Positions 1 through 8,689 of a DNA stretch of 64,000 nt are shown here, piece after piece. The notes under the pieces were generated by a model. It searched no databases and was not told the origin of the DNA. It saw nothing but the letters and a program-made list of their open reading frames with translations. Source of the stretch: Clostridia bacterium (GTDB lineage Bacteria > Bacillota > Clostridia > Christensenellales > UBA1242); contig JAZSJH010000002.1 in the NCBI GenBank assembly GCA_045534265.1, positions 24,473-88,472 of the forward strand, in the 5' to 3' direction. How positions within the stretch are numbered: position 1 is the stretch's first letter; every line of letters begins with the position of its first letter. A program made the translations under genes and the position numbers.

Positions 1-1105
1 CAAGAGCGTTTGCGGTAGCAACTGCCGAAAATGCAATTGCATTACGAGTGTTGTATTTTGGAAGTTTCTTAGAAGAAAATTCTTTGCCATAGTCGATAAC
101 TTTTTCAGTAGCCTTTGCAATATTTGCCATAGCGGTTACTGCTTCTACTGGATATAGTCCGCTTGCAGTTTCGCCAGATAGCATAGTTGCTGATGTATTG
201 TCATAAATTGCGTTTGCAACGTCAGTTGTTTCGGCTCTGGTTGGACGGCGTTTTTCTATCATTGACTCTAGCATCTCTGTCGCAACGATAATGTATTTAG
301 AACGGCTAACAGTTTTGCTTATCATCATTTTTTGGATAGAAGGGATTTGTTCCATAGGAACTTCAGATCCCATATCGCCACGGGCAACCATAATGCCGTC
401 TGACACTTCAATAATGCTATCTAAGTTTTTGATTCCTTCTAAGCTTTCGATTTTTGAAACGATATCAATTTTGTCAGCACCTAGTTTATGCAAATATTTT
501 CTAACAGCCAATATATCATCTGCCTTGTTAACAAAAGAACAAGCAATAATCTCAAGATTGTTTTTTGCTGCAAATGCAATATGTGTTTTGTCAATATCAC
601 TAAGGTATGGAACATCAAGTGGAACGTGTGGTAGGGCGATACTCTTGTTATTAGACAATACTCCGCCAGTTACAATTTTGCAAACAATATCAGTAGCAGT
701 TACTTGCATAACCTTAAGGTCCAAAAGACCGTTGTTAGCTAAGATATGCATGCCTTTTTTGGCAAGCTTAACAAGCTTTGGAAATCTTAAAGATACAGCT
801 GTTTCATCACCTTTGATTTTGCGTGATGTAAAGATAAAAGTCTTACCTTTTTTCAAAGTAACTTTTCCGTCTTTGAATTGACCAATTCTAACTTCAGGAC
901 CTCTTGTGTCTAGCATAATAGCGCAAGGCATATTAAGGTCGGCTCTTACTTGTTTTACAAGGTCAACAATTTCTTGATGGCTTGCTTCATCACCATGGCT
1001 CATGTTTAGTCTTGCTACATTCATACCTGCTTTTAGCATTTGGCACAAAGTTTTGTAATTGTTGCAAGATGGTCCAATGGTACAAACTATTTTTGTTTTT
1101 TGCAT
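1..1105 (-). CDS. pyk: Pyruvate kinase (3' end runs off the window edge; absent from the ORF track)
   Basis: Manual translation of the minus strand from ATG at 1105 gives MQKTKIVCTIGP, MNVARLNMSHG, IMLDTRGPE and IMVARGDM, all hallmark pyruvate kinase motifs. Confidence 0.96.
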   Translation of the reverse strand, partial: MQKTKIVCTIGPSCNNYKTLCQMLKAGMNVARLNMSHGDEASHQEIVDLVKQVRADLNMPCAIMLDTRGPEVRIGQFKDGKVTLKKGKTFIFTSRKIKGDETAVSLRFPKLVKLAKKGMHILANNGLLDLKVMQVTATDIVCKIVTGGVLSNNKSIALPHVPLDVPYLSDIDKTHIAFAAKNNLEIIACSFVNKADDILAVRKYLHKLGADKIDIVSKIESLEGIKNLDSIIEVSDGIMVARGDMGSEVPMEQIPSIQKMMISKTVSRSKYIIVATEMLESMIEKRRPTRAETTDVANAIYDNTSATMLSGETASGLYPVEAVTAMANIAKATEKVIDYGKEFSSKKLPKYNTRNAIAFSAVATANAL

Positions 1106-1229
1106 AAAATAAATTTCCTTTTAGCAGGCAATACCCTGCCCAAATATTTTTTACAAAGATATTATACATTTATTTTTACATTTTATCTACTAAATAAACC
1201 AACTTGCTCAAGAAATCTTACGATTTTAA

Positions 1230-1320
1230 TTTACAAAAGACCAAAAGGTCGGTATAATAAATAATGTAAAGTTTGGTTGGGGAAACCATTTTTTTATAAT
1301 ATTTACCAACCAATTGGTCG
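1230..1320 (+). promoter_or_regulatory. sigma-A promoter and two candidate TetR operators
   Basis: TTTACA(1230-1235)-17 bp-TATAAT(1253-1258). Quasi-palindromes ACCAAAAGGTCG (1240-1251, in the spacer) and ACCAATTGGTCG (1309-1320). Confidence 0.6.
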
Positions 1321-1343
1321 ACAATATATTTTAGGAGAATAAA

Positions 1344-2342
1344 ATGAAAAAACAACTTATATTCAAAGAAGTTTTGGCTATGCTAAATGCTGGAACCGAA
1401 TACAAAGCCATTACCCTTGCAGAAGTTGCCAAAAGATGCAAAATGGGTAAAAGTACTATTTACGAATATTTTACAAGCAAAGACGAGATGATTTATAACG
1501 CAATCATTTTCTATATTAACAAGATGCTAAAATTCTTCTCATCAAGCTTTAAGATTTCTACATTTGAACCATCACTAAAAATCTGGATCAAAGCTATGAT
1601 GGTTTGTATGAAATCAAACAAATGGATGTTGCTTCCTTGGACATTTAATTCTTATGCATCATATCTAAATGCAGAAGATAGCGCAAGAGCAAGTGACCTA
1701 CTTGGTAAGAGCCAAACAATTATCATCAAACTTCTTACAGCAATTTGTAAAAAAGGTGTTGCCGAAGAATATATCGTTGATGATAGCGAACAATCTATCG
1801 AATATGTTTATTACGGTGCAATTGGAACTTTAGCAAAATATGTAGGCGAAGATTTTGATTACACAAGCCCACAAGGCGCTTGGCTTATCGACTTAATTAC
1901 TACTCAACTTATTAAACACTTGTCAACAGAAGCAAACGAAGTAGCTCCTGCAGAACAAGAAGAAGAGTATGTAGAAGAAACTGAAGAAACAGAAGGCGAA
2001 GAAGAAACAACTGACGGCGAAGAAGAGTACGCCGAAGAAGAAACAGAAGAATACGCAGAAGACGGCGAGTATGCCGAAGATAGTGAGTATGCTGAAGATG
2101 GAGAATACGCCGAAGAAGAATATGCTGATGGCGAGTATGCAGAAGAAGAATACTCTGACGAAAATTACGAAACTGACGAATACGCCGGAGAATATGAAGA
2201 CGGAGAGTACGAAAATGATGAATACGCTGGTGAGTACGAAGACAACGGCGAGTATGCAGAAGGCGATTATTCAACAGATGGCTATCAATATGAATATGCT
2301 GATGGCGAAGAAGAAGCTGGTCCTGAAGATATAGACTATTAA
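1344..2342 (+). CDS. TetR/AcrR-family regulator with a long acidic Tyr-repeat C-terminal tail
   Basis: N-terminal HTH ITLAEVAKRCKMGKSTIYEYFTSKDEM. The last ~135 aa are E/D/Y/G/A repeats. RBS AGGAG. Confidence 0.85.
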   Translation: MKKQLIFKEVLAMLNAGTEYKAITLAEVAKRCKMGKSTIYEYFTSKDEMIYNAIIFYINKMLKFFSSSFKISTFEPSLKIWIKAMMVCMKSNKWMLLPWTFNSYASYLNAEDSARASDLLGKSQTIIIKLLTAICKKGVAEEYIVDDSEQSIEYVYYGAIGTLAKYVGEDFDYTSPQGAWLIDLITTQLIKHLSTEANEVAPAEQEEEYVEETEETEGEEETTDGEEEYAEEETEEYAEDGEYAEDSEYAEDGEYAEEEYADGEYAEEEYSDENYETDEYAGEYEDGEYENDEYAGEYEDNGEYAEGDYSTDGYQYEYADGEEEAGPEDIDY

Positions 2343-2383
2343 TAAATTATAAAAAAGTTAAAGTTTTAAGGGGGGAATAAAAT

Positions 2384-3076
2384 ATGTTAGTTTATTTTGC
2401 ACTAAGTTTTGCAATTTTGCTTGCAGTCAATTTTATTGTTTTCTTTAGTCTTGGCAATGGCATTTTGTCTTGTATCTTGAAATTATTTGCAAGTATTGCA
2501 TTTATTGTTTTGGGTTTGGTTGGTTTTGCGACAGCAGAAAGTATGACCTATGGTACATCTGTTATTGGAATACTATTTTTAGCGGGCGCAGGATTTGGTC
2601 TTGTAGGAGACGGAATCTTAGCTTTACTAGAAGTTGAACAAAACAAAAACTTTTTGATTATTTTGAGTGGAGAAATTGCATTTGCAATTGGACACATTTT
2701 CTATTTTGTAGCGCTTATACTTACAGCACCATTTACTTACTGGTCAGTAATTGCTGCCGCAGTACTTACTGCAGGAATATTTGTTGTTGCAATTAAGGCT
2801 ATGAAATTGAACTTTGGAAAACTTTTGATTCCAAGCATTGTATACGCATTTATGCTATGTACAACTATGGTTCAATCTATTGCAGGAGCGATTATGCTTG
2901 GTGGTAGTTTGTTTAGCATATTGCTTGCGGTTGGTTTTGCATTGTTCTTGCTATCAGACCTTGTACTTTCTATGATTTACTTTGGCGGACAAAAAAACAA
3001 AATTACAACATCAACAAACTACGCTTTGTATTATGCAGCACAAATACTAATTATGTTTGCAATATTCTTTATCTAA
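2384..3076 (+). CDS. YhhN/TMEM86-family membrane protein (lysoplasmalogenase-like)
   Basis: Multi-TM protein with family motifs GLVGDGIL, AFAIGHIFY, LFLLSDLVL and YYAAQ. Confidence 0.8.
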   Translation: MLVYFALSFAILLAVNFIVFFSLGNGILSCILKLFASIAFIVLGLVGFATAESMTYGTSVIGILFLAGAGFGLVGDGILALLEVEQNKNFLIILSGEIAFAIGHIFYFVALILTAPFTYWSVIAAAVLTAGIFVVAIKAMKLNFGKLLIPSIVYAFMLCTTMVQSIAGAIMLGGSLFSILLAVGFALFLLSDLVLSMIYFGGQKNKITTSTNYALYYAAQILIMFAIFFI

Positions 3077-3081
3077 AAAAC

Positions 3082-3116
3082 AAAAAGACCGAAAGTTAAT
3101 ATTCGGTCTTTTTTTT
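3082..3116 (+). terminator. Intrinsic terminator
   Basis: AAAAAGACCGAA-loop-TTCGGTCTTTTTTTT directly after the stop codon. Confidence 0.8.
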
Positions 3117-3208
3117 ATATACAATTGTATTGTTAAACTATGTTTTCTAACTATTATATAAAAACAAAAAGCATAAGATAAGTTATCCTATGCTTTTTTA
3201 TTTATGCT

Positions 3209-4570
3209 TTATTTTGTATCCATCTTAAAGAATGCCTTATAACATTTATAAGTTTCCCAAAGGTCAGCCTTGCTGATAACTTCCCAAGGCGAATGCATAT
3301 TAAGTACAGGTATTCCTGCGTCAATTACATTCATTCCGTATTTTGCCATTAGGTATGCGATAGTTCCACCGCCACCTTCGTCAACTTTTCCCATTTCGGT
3401 TGCTTGGTAAGTTACTTTTTCTTTGTCCAAAACAATTCTTAGTTTTGAGATAAATTCAGGGTTGGCGTCATTTGCCCCAGATTTTCCTCTAGCTCCGGTA
3501 AATTTATTAAAGCTAATGCCATGAGCAAAGTGAGCGTCTGTTGCTGTATTAAATGGAGCAGGGTAGTTAGGGTCAACAGCCGCAGTAACGTCTGCAGATA
3601 AACAATTTGAATTATTTAATGCTCTACGCAATGCAAGTTCGTCATATTGACCACATAGATTCATTATTTCAGCTAGACTATTTTCAAATGACTTACTGCT
3701 CATACCAGTAGCGCCTAAGCTGCCAATTTCTTCTTTGTCTACAAGAAGTACCATAGAAGAGTAGTCTGGCTCGCTTGTTTCAAACAAAGCTTCCAATGCT
3801 GCATAAGAACAAGATCTATCATCATGACCGTAGCCTAAAATCATAGAGCGGTCAAGACCACAATCTCTTGCCTTGCCTGCAGGCACAATTTCAAGCTCTG
3901 CAGAGAAAAAGTCGTCTTCTTCAACATTTTTTTGTTTGATAAGATTTAGAATAAAGTTTTTGAACTTGCTGTCTTTTGCTTTGGTGTCAGCTACATTTCC
4001 AGCGATTAAGTTTAGGTCTTCGCCCTTTATTTCTTTTGCTTTGTCTTTGTCAAGATGAGGAAGCAAATCACTGATTACAAAAGATGTTTCTTCGTTTTCG
4101 CCAAAAACAACTTCAAGTTTTGAACCATCTTTGCGGAAGATAACGCCGTGCATTGCAAGTGGAAGGCAAGTCCATTGATATTTTTTGATTCCACCATAGT
4201 AGTGAGTATCTATCATACAAAAACCATTGCTTTCATAAAGTGGCTTTGCCTTAAGGTCAAGTCTTGGCGAATCTACATGTGAGCCAACGATATTTATACC
4301 TTTTTCGATAGGTTGTTTTCCTACAACAAACAAAAGAAGTGATTTGTCCATGTTGACAGAATAAACTTTGTCGCCTGCTTTTAATTTTGCACCAGTTTCA
4401 ATCAAATGTTTTAATGACTTAAAGCCATTTTTTTCTGCTCTATGAATTGCATATTTTATACATTCTCTTTCGGTTTTGCAATTGCTCAAAAAGTCTTTAT
4501 AGTTGTTTGAAAAATCTCTTATATCATCTTTAGTAGATTGTTCGTATTTTTCCCATAAATTAGTGTCCAT
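3209..4570 (-). CDS. M18-family (aspartyl) aminopeptidase
   Basis: Motifs SHVDSPRLDLK, HYYGGIKKYQW, GHDDR, DKEEIGS and MHSPWE. Start set at 4570 on the basis of RBS AGGGG. Confidence 0.92.
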   Translation of the reverse strand: MDTNLWEKYEQSTKDDIRDFSNNYKDFLSNCKTERECIKYAIHRAEKNGFKSLKHLIETGAKLKAGDKVYSVNMDKSLLLFVVGKQPIEKGINIVGSHVDSPRLDLKAKPLYESNGFCMIDTHYYGGIKKYQWTCLPLAMHGVIFRKDGSKLEVVFGENEETSFVISDLLPHLDKDKAKEIKGEDLNLIAGNVADTKAKDSKFKNFILNLIKQKNVEEDDFFSAELEIVPAGKARDCGLDRSMILGYGHDDRSCSYAALEALFETSEPDYSSMVLLVDKEEIGSLGATGMSSKSFENSLAEIMNLCGQYDELALRRALNNSNCLSADVTAAVDPNYPAPFNTATDAHFAHGISFNKFTGARGKSGANDANPEFISKLRIVLDKEKVTYQATEMGKVDEGGGGTIAYLMAKYGMNVIDAGIPVLNMHSPWEVISKADLWETYKCYKAFFKMDTK

Positions 4571-4788
4571 AATTATCCCCCTTTGTTTTATATAGGTATT
4601 ATAATGCAAATATGATTTTTTCAAAAGTGTTTTTGTGTCGATTTTTCAAAATATTTTTTTATTCTAAGTTTCAAAAACAAAACAAAAAAAAGATGTAAAA
4701 ACAACACTTAATCAAGAACAGAAAAAGCCTTTTTAAGGGGTAAAAAATGTCGAAAAACGCCTAAAATAAGGCATTTTTTACAGATATA

Positions 4789-4817
4789 TTGACAATAGCC
4801 GTAATATATAGTAAAAT
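4789..4817 (+). promoter_or_regulatory. sigma-A promoter
   Basis: TTGACA(4789-4794)-17 bp-TAAAAT(4812-4817). Confidence 0.7.
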
Positions 4818-4852
4818 ACTTCTGAATATATAGTTTGTATATAGGAGGGAAT

Positions 4853-6268
4853 ATGAAAAAATTAACAAAAGGACTTTTAGCTGGTCTTATGGTTGTTCCT
4901 ATGGCGGGCATTTTGGCGGCTTGTGATGGCGGCGAAACTATTAACCTAAAAGATGCGACAATCAGCTTAAGTTATACAGAAACAGCTTATGATGGTACTG
5001 CAAAATGTCCAGAAGTGACAATCACTTACAAAGGTGAAACTATTGACAAAGATGAATACGTTGTTTTGTATGATCAAAACGTAAATGCAGGTACTGCATA
5101 TGCAATCGTTAGAGCTGCAAAAAATTCTGACGAACTTGTAGGTAACATAACACTTAACTTTACTATTACAAAATCAAATGCCTATGTTGATACTTACGCA
5201 GAACTTATAAACGCAATTACAAATAACAACTATAAATCAGTTATTTTAGAAGATGATGTTACAGTTCCATATGGAGCAACTTTATCTATTGCTGCAAATA
5301 AAGCTTTGGATTTTGGTGAATATACACTTGCTAATTACGGAACAATCCATAATAGCGGAACAATCCTAACAACAAAAGATTTTGAAGGCAACGGAAATGT
5401 TGTTAATGATGGAGATATTATAGCTAGCGTATCTACCGTAGATGGAATGCTAGATGCTTTTGAATATTCAAATTATGTAAAACTTGCTCAAGACATCACA
5501 AAAGAAGATGGCTACCTTGGAGATATAAGATTTGTTACAAGACATGATTATAGTTTTACACTAGACCTTAACGGACATATGCTAGAATCAGAACTTGATA
5601 TTTTCAAATATGAAAAATCAGGTGCTGGATATACACACTATCCACACAGCGTTGTTAATATTACAATTACAGACACAAGTATTGCAAGAACAGGTTCTTT
5701 AGGAAGCCCAGAATCAGATTATGGTCTATATGTTTGGGGAACAAACAATTACCACATAAATATAGTTAACGCAAAAGTTCAAGGAAATTGGGGCGGACTA
5801 TATACAAATGGTGGTTCTGAAAATGCAAACATTATGGCTATAAATTCAAGATTTGTAGGTAACGATACAGGTGTATATGCTGCAGGCAATAACAAATACA
5901 CTTACACTAATTGTGAATTTAGCGGTGCAGACGGCTATTATACAAAGAGCGGTACTCATGTGTTCAACAACTGTTCATTCTATGCTACTGGTGAATATGT
6001 AGATAGCTCATATTATGGCAATGGCTGCAATAGCACAGGCTGTGCTCTTAACGTAGACTCTTGCAAAGGCTATATCGAAGTGCTTTCTGTAGAAGTAAAT
6101 GGCGGATATATGCATTCTGCTAATGGCTATGGTATATACGAATTTTCAACAGCTGCTGCTGGCGAAAGTAAAATCACTTACGGCGCTGTAACTGTAAAAG
6201 GTGGCGTAATGTACACTACAGAACTTGCAAACATTCAATCAGATAACAACGCAGTTACTGTACAATAA
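4853..6268 (+). CDS. Lipoprotein with an Ig-like N-terminal region and a probable beta-helix (pectin-lyase-like) C-terminal region
   Basis: Signal peptide ending in the lipobox ILAAC. G/N/Y/T-rich repeats (LDLNGH, YTNCEFSG, FNNCSF). RBS GGAGG. Confidence 0.7.
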   Translation: MKKLTKGLLAGLMVVPMAGILAACDGGETINLKDATISLSYTETAYDGTAKCPEVTITYKGETIDKDEYVVLYDQNVNAGTAYAIVRAAKNSDELVGNITLNFTITKSNAYVDTYAELINAITNNNYKSVILEDDVTVPYGATLSIAANKALDFGEYTLANYGTIHNSGTILTTKDFEGNGNVVNDGDIIASVSTVDGMLDAFEYSNYVKLAQDITKEDGYLGDIRFVTRHDYSFTLDLNGHMLESELDIFKYEKSGAGYTHYPHSVVNITITDTSIARTGSLGSPESDYGLYVWGTNNYHINIVNAKVQGNWGGLYTNGGSENANIMAINSRFVGNDTGVYAAGNNKYTYTNCEFSGADGYYTKSGTHVFNNCSFYATGEYVDSSYYGNGCNSTGCALNVDSCKGYIEVLSVEVNGGYMHSANGYGIYEFSTAAAGESKITYGAVTVKGGVMYTTELANIQSDNNAVTVQ

Positions 6269-6274
6269 CAAACC

Positions 6275-6305
6275 AAAAAGATGCTAAATATTAGCATCTT
6301 TTTTT
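6275..6305 (+). terminator. Intrinsic terminator
   Basis: AAAAAGATGCTAA-ata-TTAGCATCTTTTTTT. Confidence 0.8.
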
Positions 6306-6439
6306 GTTTGCAAATAAAGCTTATTGTATCGCAAAAAAGCAGCATTGCAAATTAAAAAGATTTTTTAGAATAACAATACAAATTAATTTGAGCGTGTAAA
6401 AAATAATGATAAAATAATAAAAAAGAAGGGGGATAAATT

Positions 6440-7471
6440 ATGCAAAACGAAATAACAAAAAATCAAAAACTTTTGGACGAAAAGGGAAACCTTACTCAAA
6501 AAGGTTATGCAAAAAGTTTAATTTTGGATTATGACAGAAAAGATATCAAGGCGGGCAAACTTCGCATCAAAGAATGGGACTACTACCTTGTATATAATGA
6601 CAACTATGCTGTTGCCTTAACTATTGCAGATAATAGTTATATGGGGCTTATGAGCTTGTCGCTTATTGATTTTACAAAGCCTACAGAAACAACCAAGTCA
6701 ATTATGACATTTATGCCAAAAGGCAAAACAAATCTTCCTAAAACAAGCAAAATAGGTGATGTGAGATTTGAAAACAAACAAGGCTTTTTTGAATTTCTAA
6801 ATGACGGAAAAACAAGAAAGTTATCTGCCAATTTCAAAAAGTTCAAAGACGGCAAAGATTTGTCAGTTGAATTTGTTTTGACAGATGAACCACAAGATAG
6901 TATGGTTATCGCAACACCTTTTAACAAAGATAAATATTTTTATTACAACCAAAAGATTGTCGGTATGAAGGCAAATGGTTTTGCGAAACTTGGCGACACC
7001 GAAATCAAATTTAGTGACGAAGACACCCAAGCAATACTAGACTGGGGCAGAGGCGTTTGGACTTATAGCAACACTTGGTATTGGGGTGCAGGTTGCGGAA
7101 CTTGTAATGGACACAAAGTCGGTTTTAATATCGGCTATGGTTTCGGCGACACATCTGCCGCTAGCGAAAATATGATTTTCTATGATGGCAAAGCCAACAA
7201 AATCGAAAATGTAACATTTAATATTCCAAAGACTTCAGATGGCAAAGACGACTATATGTCTCCTTGGACATTTACATCAAGTGATGGCAGATTTGAGATG
7301 AACTTTACACCAGTTATCGACAGAAAATCTTTCACATCAGCCGTTGTTATTTATTCAAACCAACACCAAGTCTTTGGTAAATTTAATGGAACAATGATAC
7401 TTGATGACGGCACAAAAGTTGAGCTAAAAGACTTTATGGCGTTTGCCGAAAAAGTAATTAATAAATGGTAG
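6440..7471 (+). CDS. DUF2804-family protein
   Basis: KEWDYY, LDWGRGVWTY, TWYWG, GFNIGYGFGD..ASEN and HQVFGKF are typical of this family (recognised from memory). Confidence 0.75.
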   Translation: MQNEITKNQKLLDEKGNLTQKGYAKSLILDYDRKDIKAGKLRIKEWDYYLVYNDNYAVALTIADNSYMGLMSLSLIDFTKPTETTKSIMTFMPKGKTNLPKTSKIGDVRFENKQGFFEFLNDGKTRKLSANFKKFKDGKDLSVEFVLTDEPQDSMVIATPFNKDKYFYYNQKIVGMKANGFAKLGDTEIKFSDEDTQAILDWGRGVWTYSNTWYWGAGCGTCNGHKVGFNIGYGFGDTSAASENMIFYDGKANKIENVTFNIPKTSDGKDDYMSPWTFTSSDGRFEMNFTPVIDRKSFTSAVVIYSNQHQVFGKFNGTMILDDGTKVELKDFMAFAEKVINKW

Positions 7472-7486
7472 ACAAAAGGAAAACAA

Positions 7487-8071
7487 ATGAACTATTTATT
7501 TTTTGATATAGAATCTATAGATAGGGTGCATAAGACAATTTGTACTTTCGGTTATGTTTTGACCGATAGCAAATTTAATATCCTGCAAAAAGAAGATATT
7601 ATAATAAACCCCAACCTTCAAGACAGCGAACTAGACAAGTGGGCTCTTAACAAAATAGTCAAATACCCCCTAGAAAGGATCAGGACAAACCCGACTTTTG
7701 ATAAATATTATGATAAGATAAAAAACTTAATTCAAGATTCCCAAACCATAGTATTTGGTTATGGACTTATCAATGATATAGCTTACGTAAATAGCGAAAG
7801 CAAAAGATATAACAAAGAATTAATAATTGATGATAATGTAAAATTATTTGAAGTGCAAGATGTTTATAAGGAATACAGCGGGGACAAAAATCCAATGTCG
7901 CTTAAAAAACTTGCCCAAAACTTAGAAATAGATATCTCGCACCTTATCGCCCACAAAAGCAGTGATGACGCAGAGATAACAATGCTGGTTGCAAAAACAT
8001 TGCTTGCAAAACTTAATATAAAAAGCAAAGACATTAAAAAACACCTTGCAAATTTAGCGAAATACATATAA
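7487..8071 (+). CDS. DEDDh 3'-5' exonuclease (DnaQ-like)
   Basis: FFDIES (ExoI), NDIAY (ExoII) and AHKSSDDA (ExoIII). Confidence 0.82.
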   Translation: MNYLFFDIESIDRVHKTICTFGYVLTDSKFNILQKEDIIINPNLQDSELDKWALNKIVKYPLERIRTNPTFDKYYDKIKNLIQDSQTIVFGYGLINDIAYVNSESKRYNKELIIDDNVKLFEVQDVYKEYSGDKNPMSLKKLAQNLEIDISHLIAHKSSDDAEITMLVAKTLLAKLNIKSKDIKKHLANLAKYI

Positions 8072-8109
8072 AATATTTTTATAAAAAGATAAGTAATTTT
8101 AGACATAAC

Positions 8110-8148
8110 AAAAAAAACTACTAGACACTTTGCCTAGTAGTTTTTTTT
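8110..8148. terminator. Bidirectional intrinsic terminator
   Basis: A8-CTACTAG-loop-CTAGTAG-T8 between convergent genes. Confidence 0.8.
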
Positions 8149-8178
8149 GTGTGATAGAAATAGTTTTTGTTATATGTT

Positions 8179-8679
8179 TTATTCTTCGTCTGTAGTATGA
8201 AGAACGATATAACCTTTGTTTAGAGTTTGCTTTACATCAATTACTCTTTGGTTAGAGCTACCTTTCCATTTTAGTTTTGGAACTTTTAGCTTTCTTACAA
8301 ATTCGCCATCAACAAGTACATCTATTTTGTCAATATTTGGCAAGTTGTTTATTTCTTCCCAAGTAAAGCCAGTGTAAAGCCAGATTGTTTTGTTCGGATA
8401 CTTTTCTGCTATTTCGCCAATAAAGTTTGTTACTGTTTCTCTATTGTCGCAAAGGAAAGGATCTCCGCCGCTAAATGTAATACCAGCAACCCAGTCTTTG
8501 TCTAGTTCGTCAAAGATTTCTTTTTTGGCGCTATCATCAAATTTTAGGCCTGAGTTTTTGTCCCAAGTATATGAGTTGTGACAACCATCACAACAGTGGT
8601 CACAACCAGCAACCCAAAGAACAACTCTAAGTCCGTCTCCGTTTACCATATCGTTTTTTGTTATGCTGTAATAATTCAT
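8179..8679 (-). CDS. nrdG: Anaerobic ribonucleotide reductase activase (radical SAM)
   Basis: NGDGLRVVLWVAGCDHCCDGCHN, FSGGDP and GSSNQR. Immediately downstream of nrdD. Confidence 0.95.
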   Translation of the reverse strand: MNYYSITKNDMVNGDGLRVVLWVAGCDHCCDGCHNSYTWDKNSGLKFDDSAKKEIFDELDKDWVAGITFSGGDPFLCDNRETVTNFIGEIAEKYPNKTIWLYTGFTWEEINNLPNIDKIDVLVDGEFVRKLKVPKLKWKGSSNQRVIDVKQTLNKGYIVLHTTDEE

Positions 8680-8689
8680 AATACTTCTC

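Noticed and set aside
291-881. 196-aa plus-strand ORF in the track
   Set aside because: Antisense shadow of pyk, which occupies the minus strand and was missed by the track because it runs off the window edge.
1950-2330. Repeat region as a possible CRISPR array or VNTR
   Set aside because: The units are degenerate, in-frame codon repeats with no constant repeat/unique spacer structure. No cas genes or CRISPR array were seen anywhere in the window.
1912-2334. ORFs 1912..2274(-) and 2071..2334(+)
   Set aside because: Alternative-frame products of the low-complexity acidic repeat, with no RBS or independent signal.
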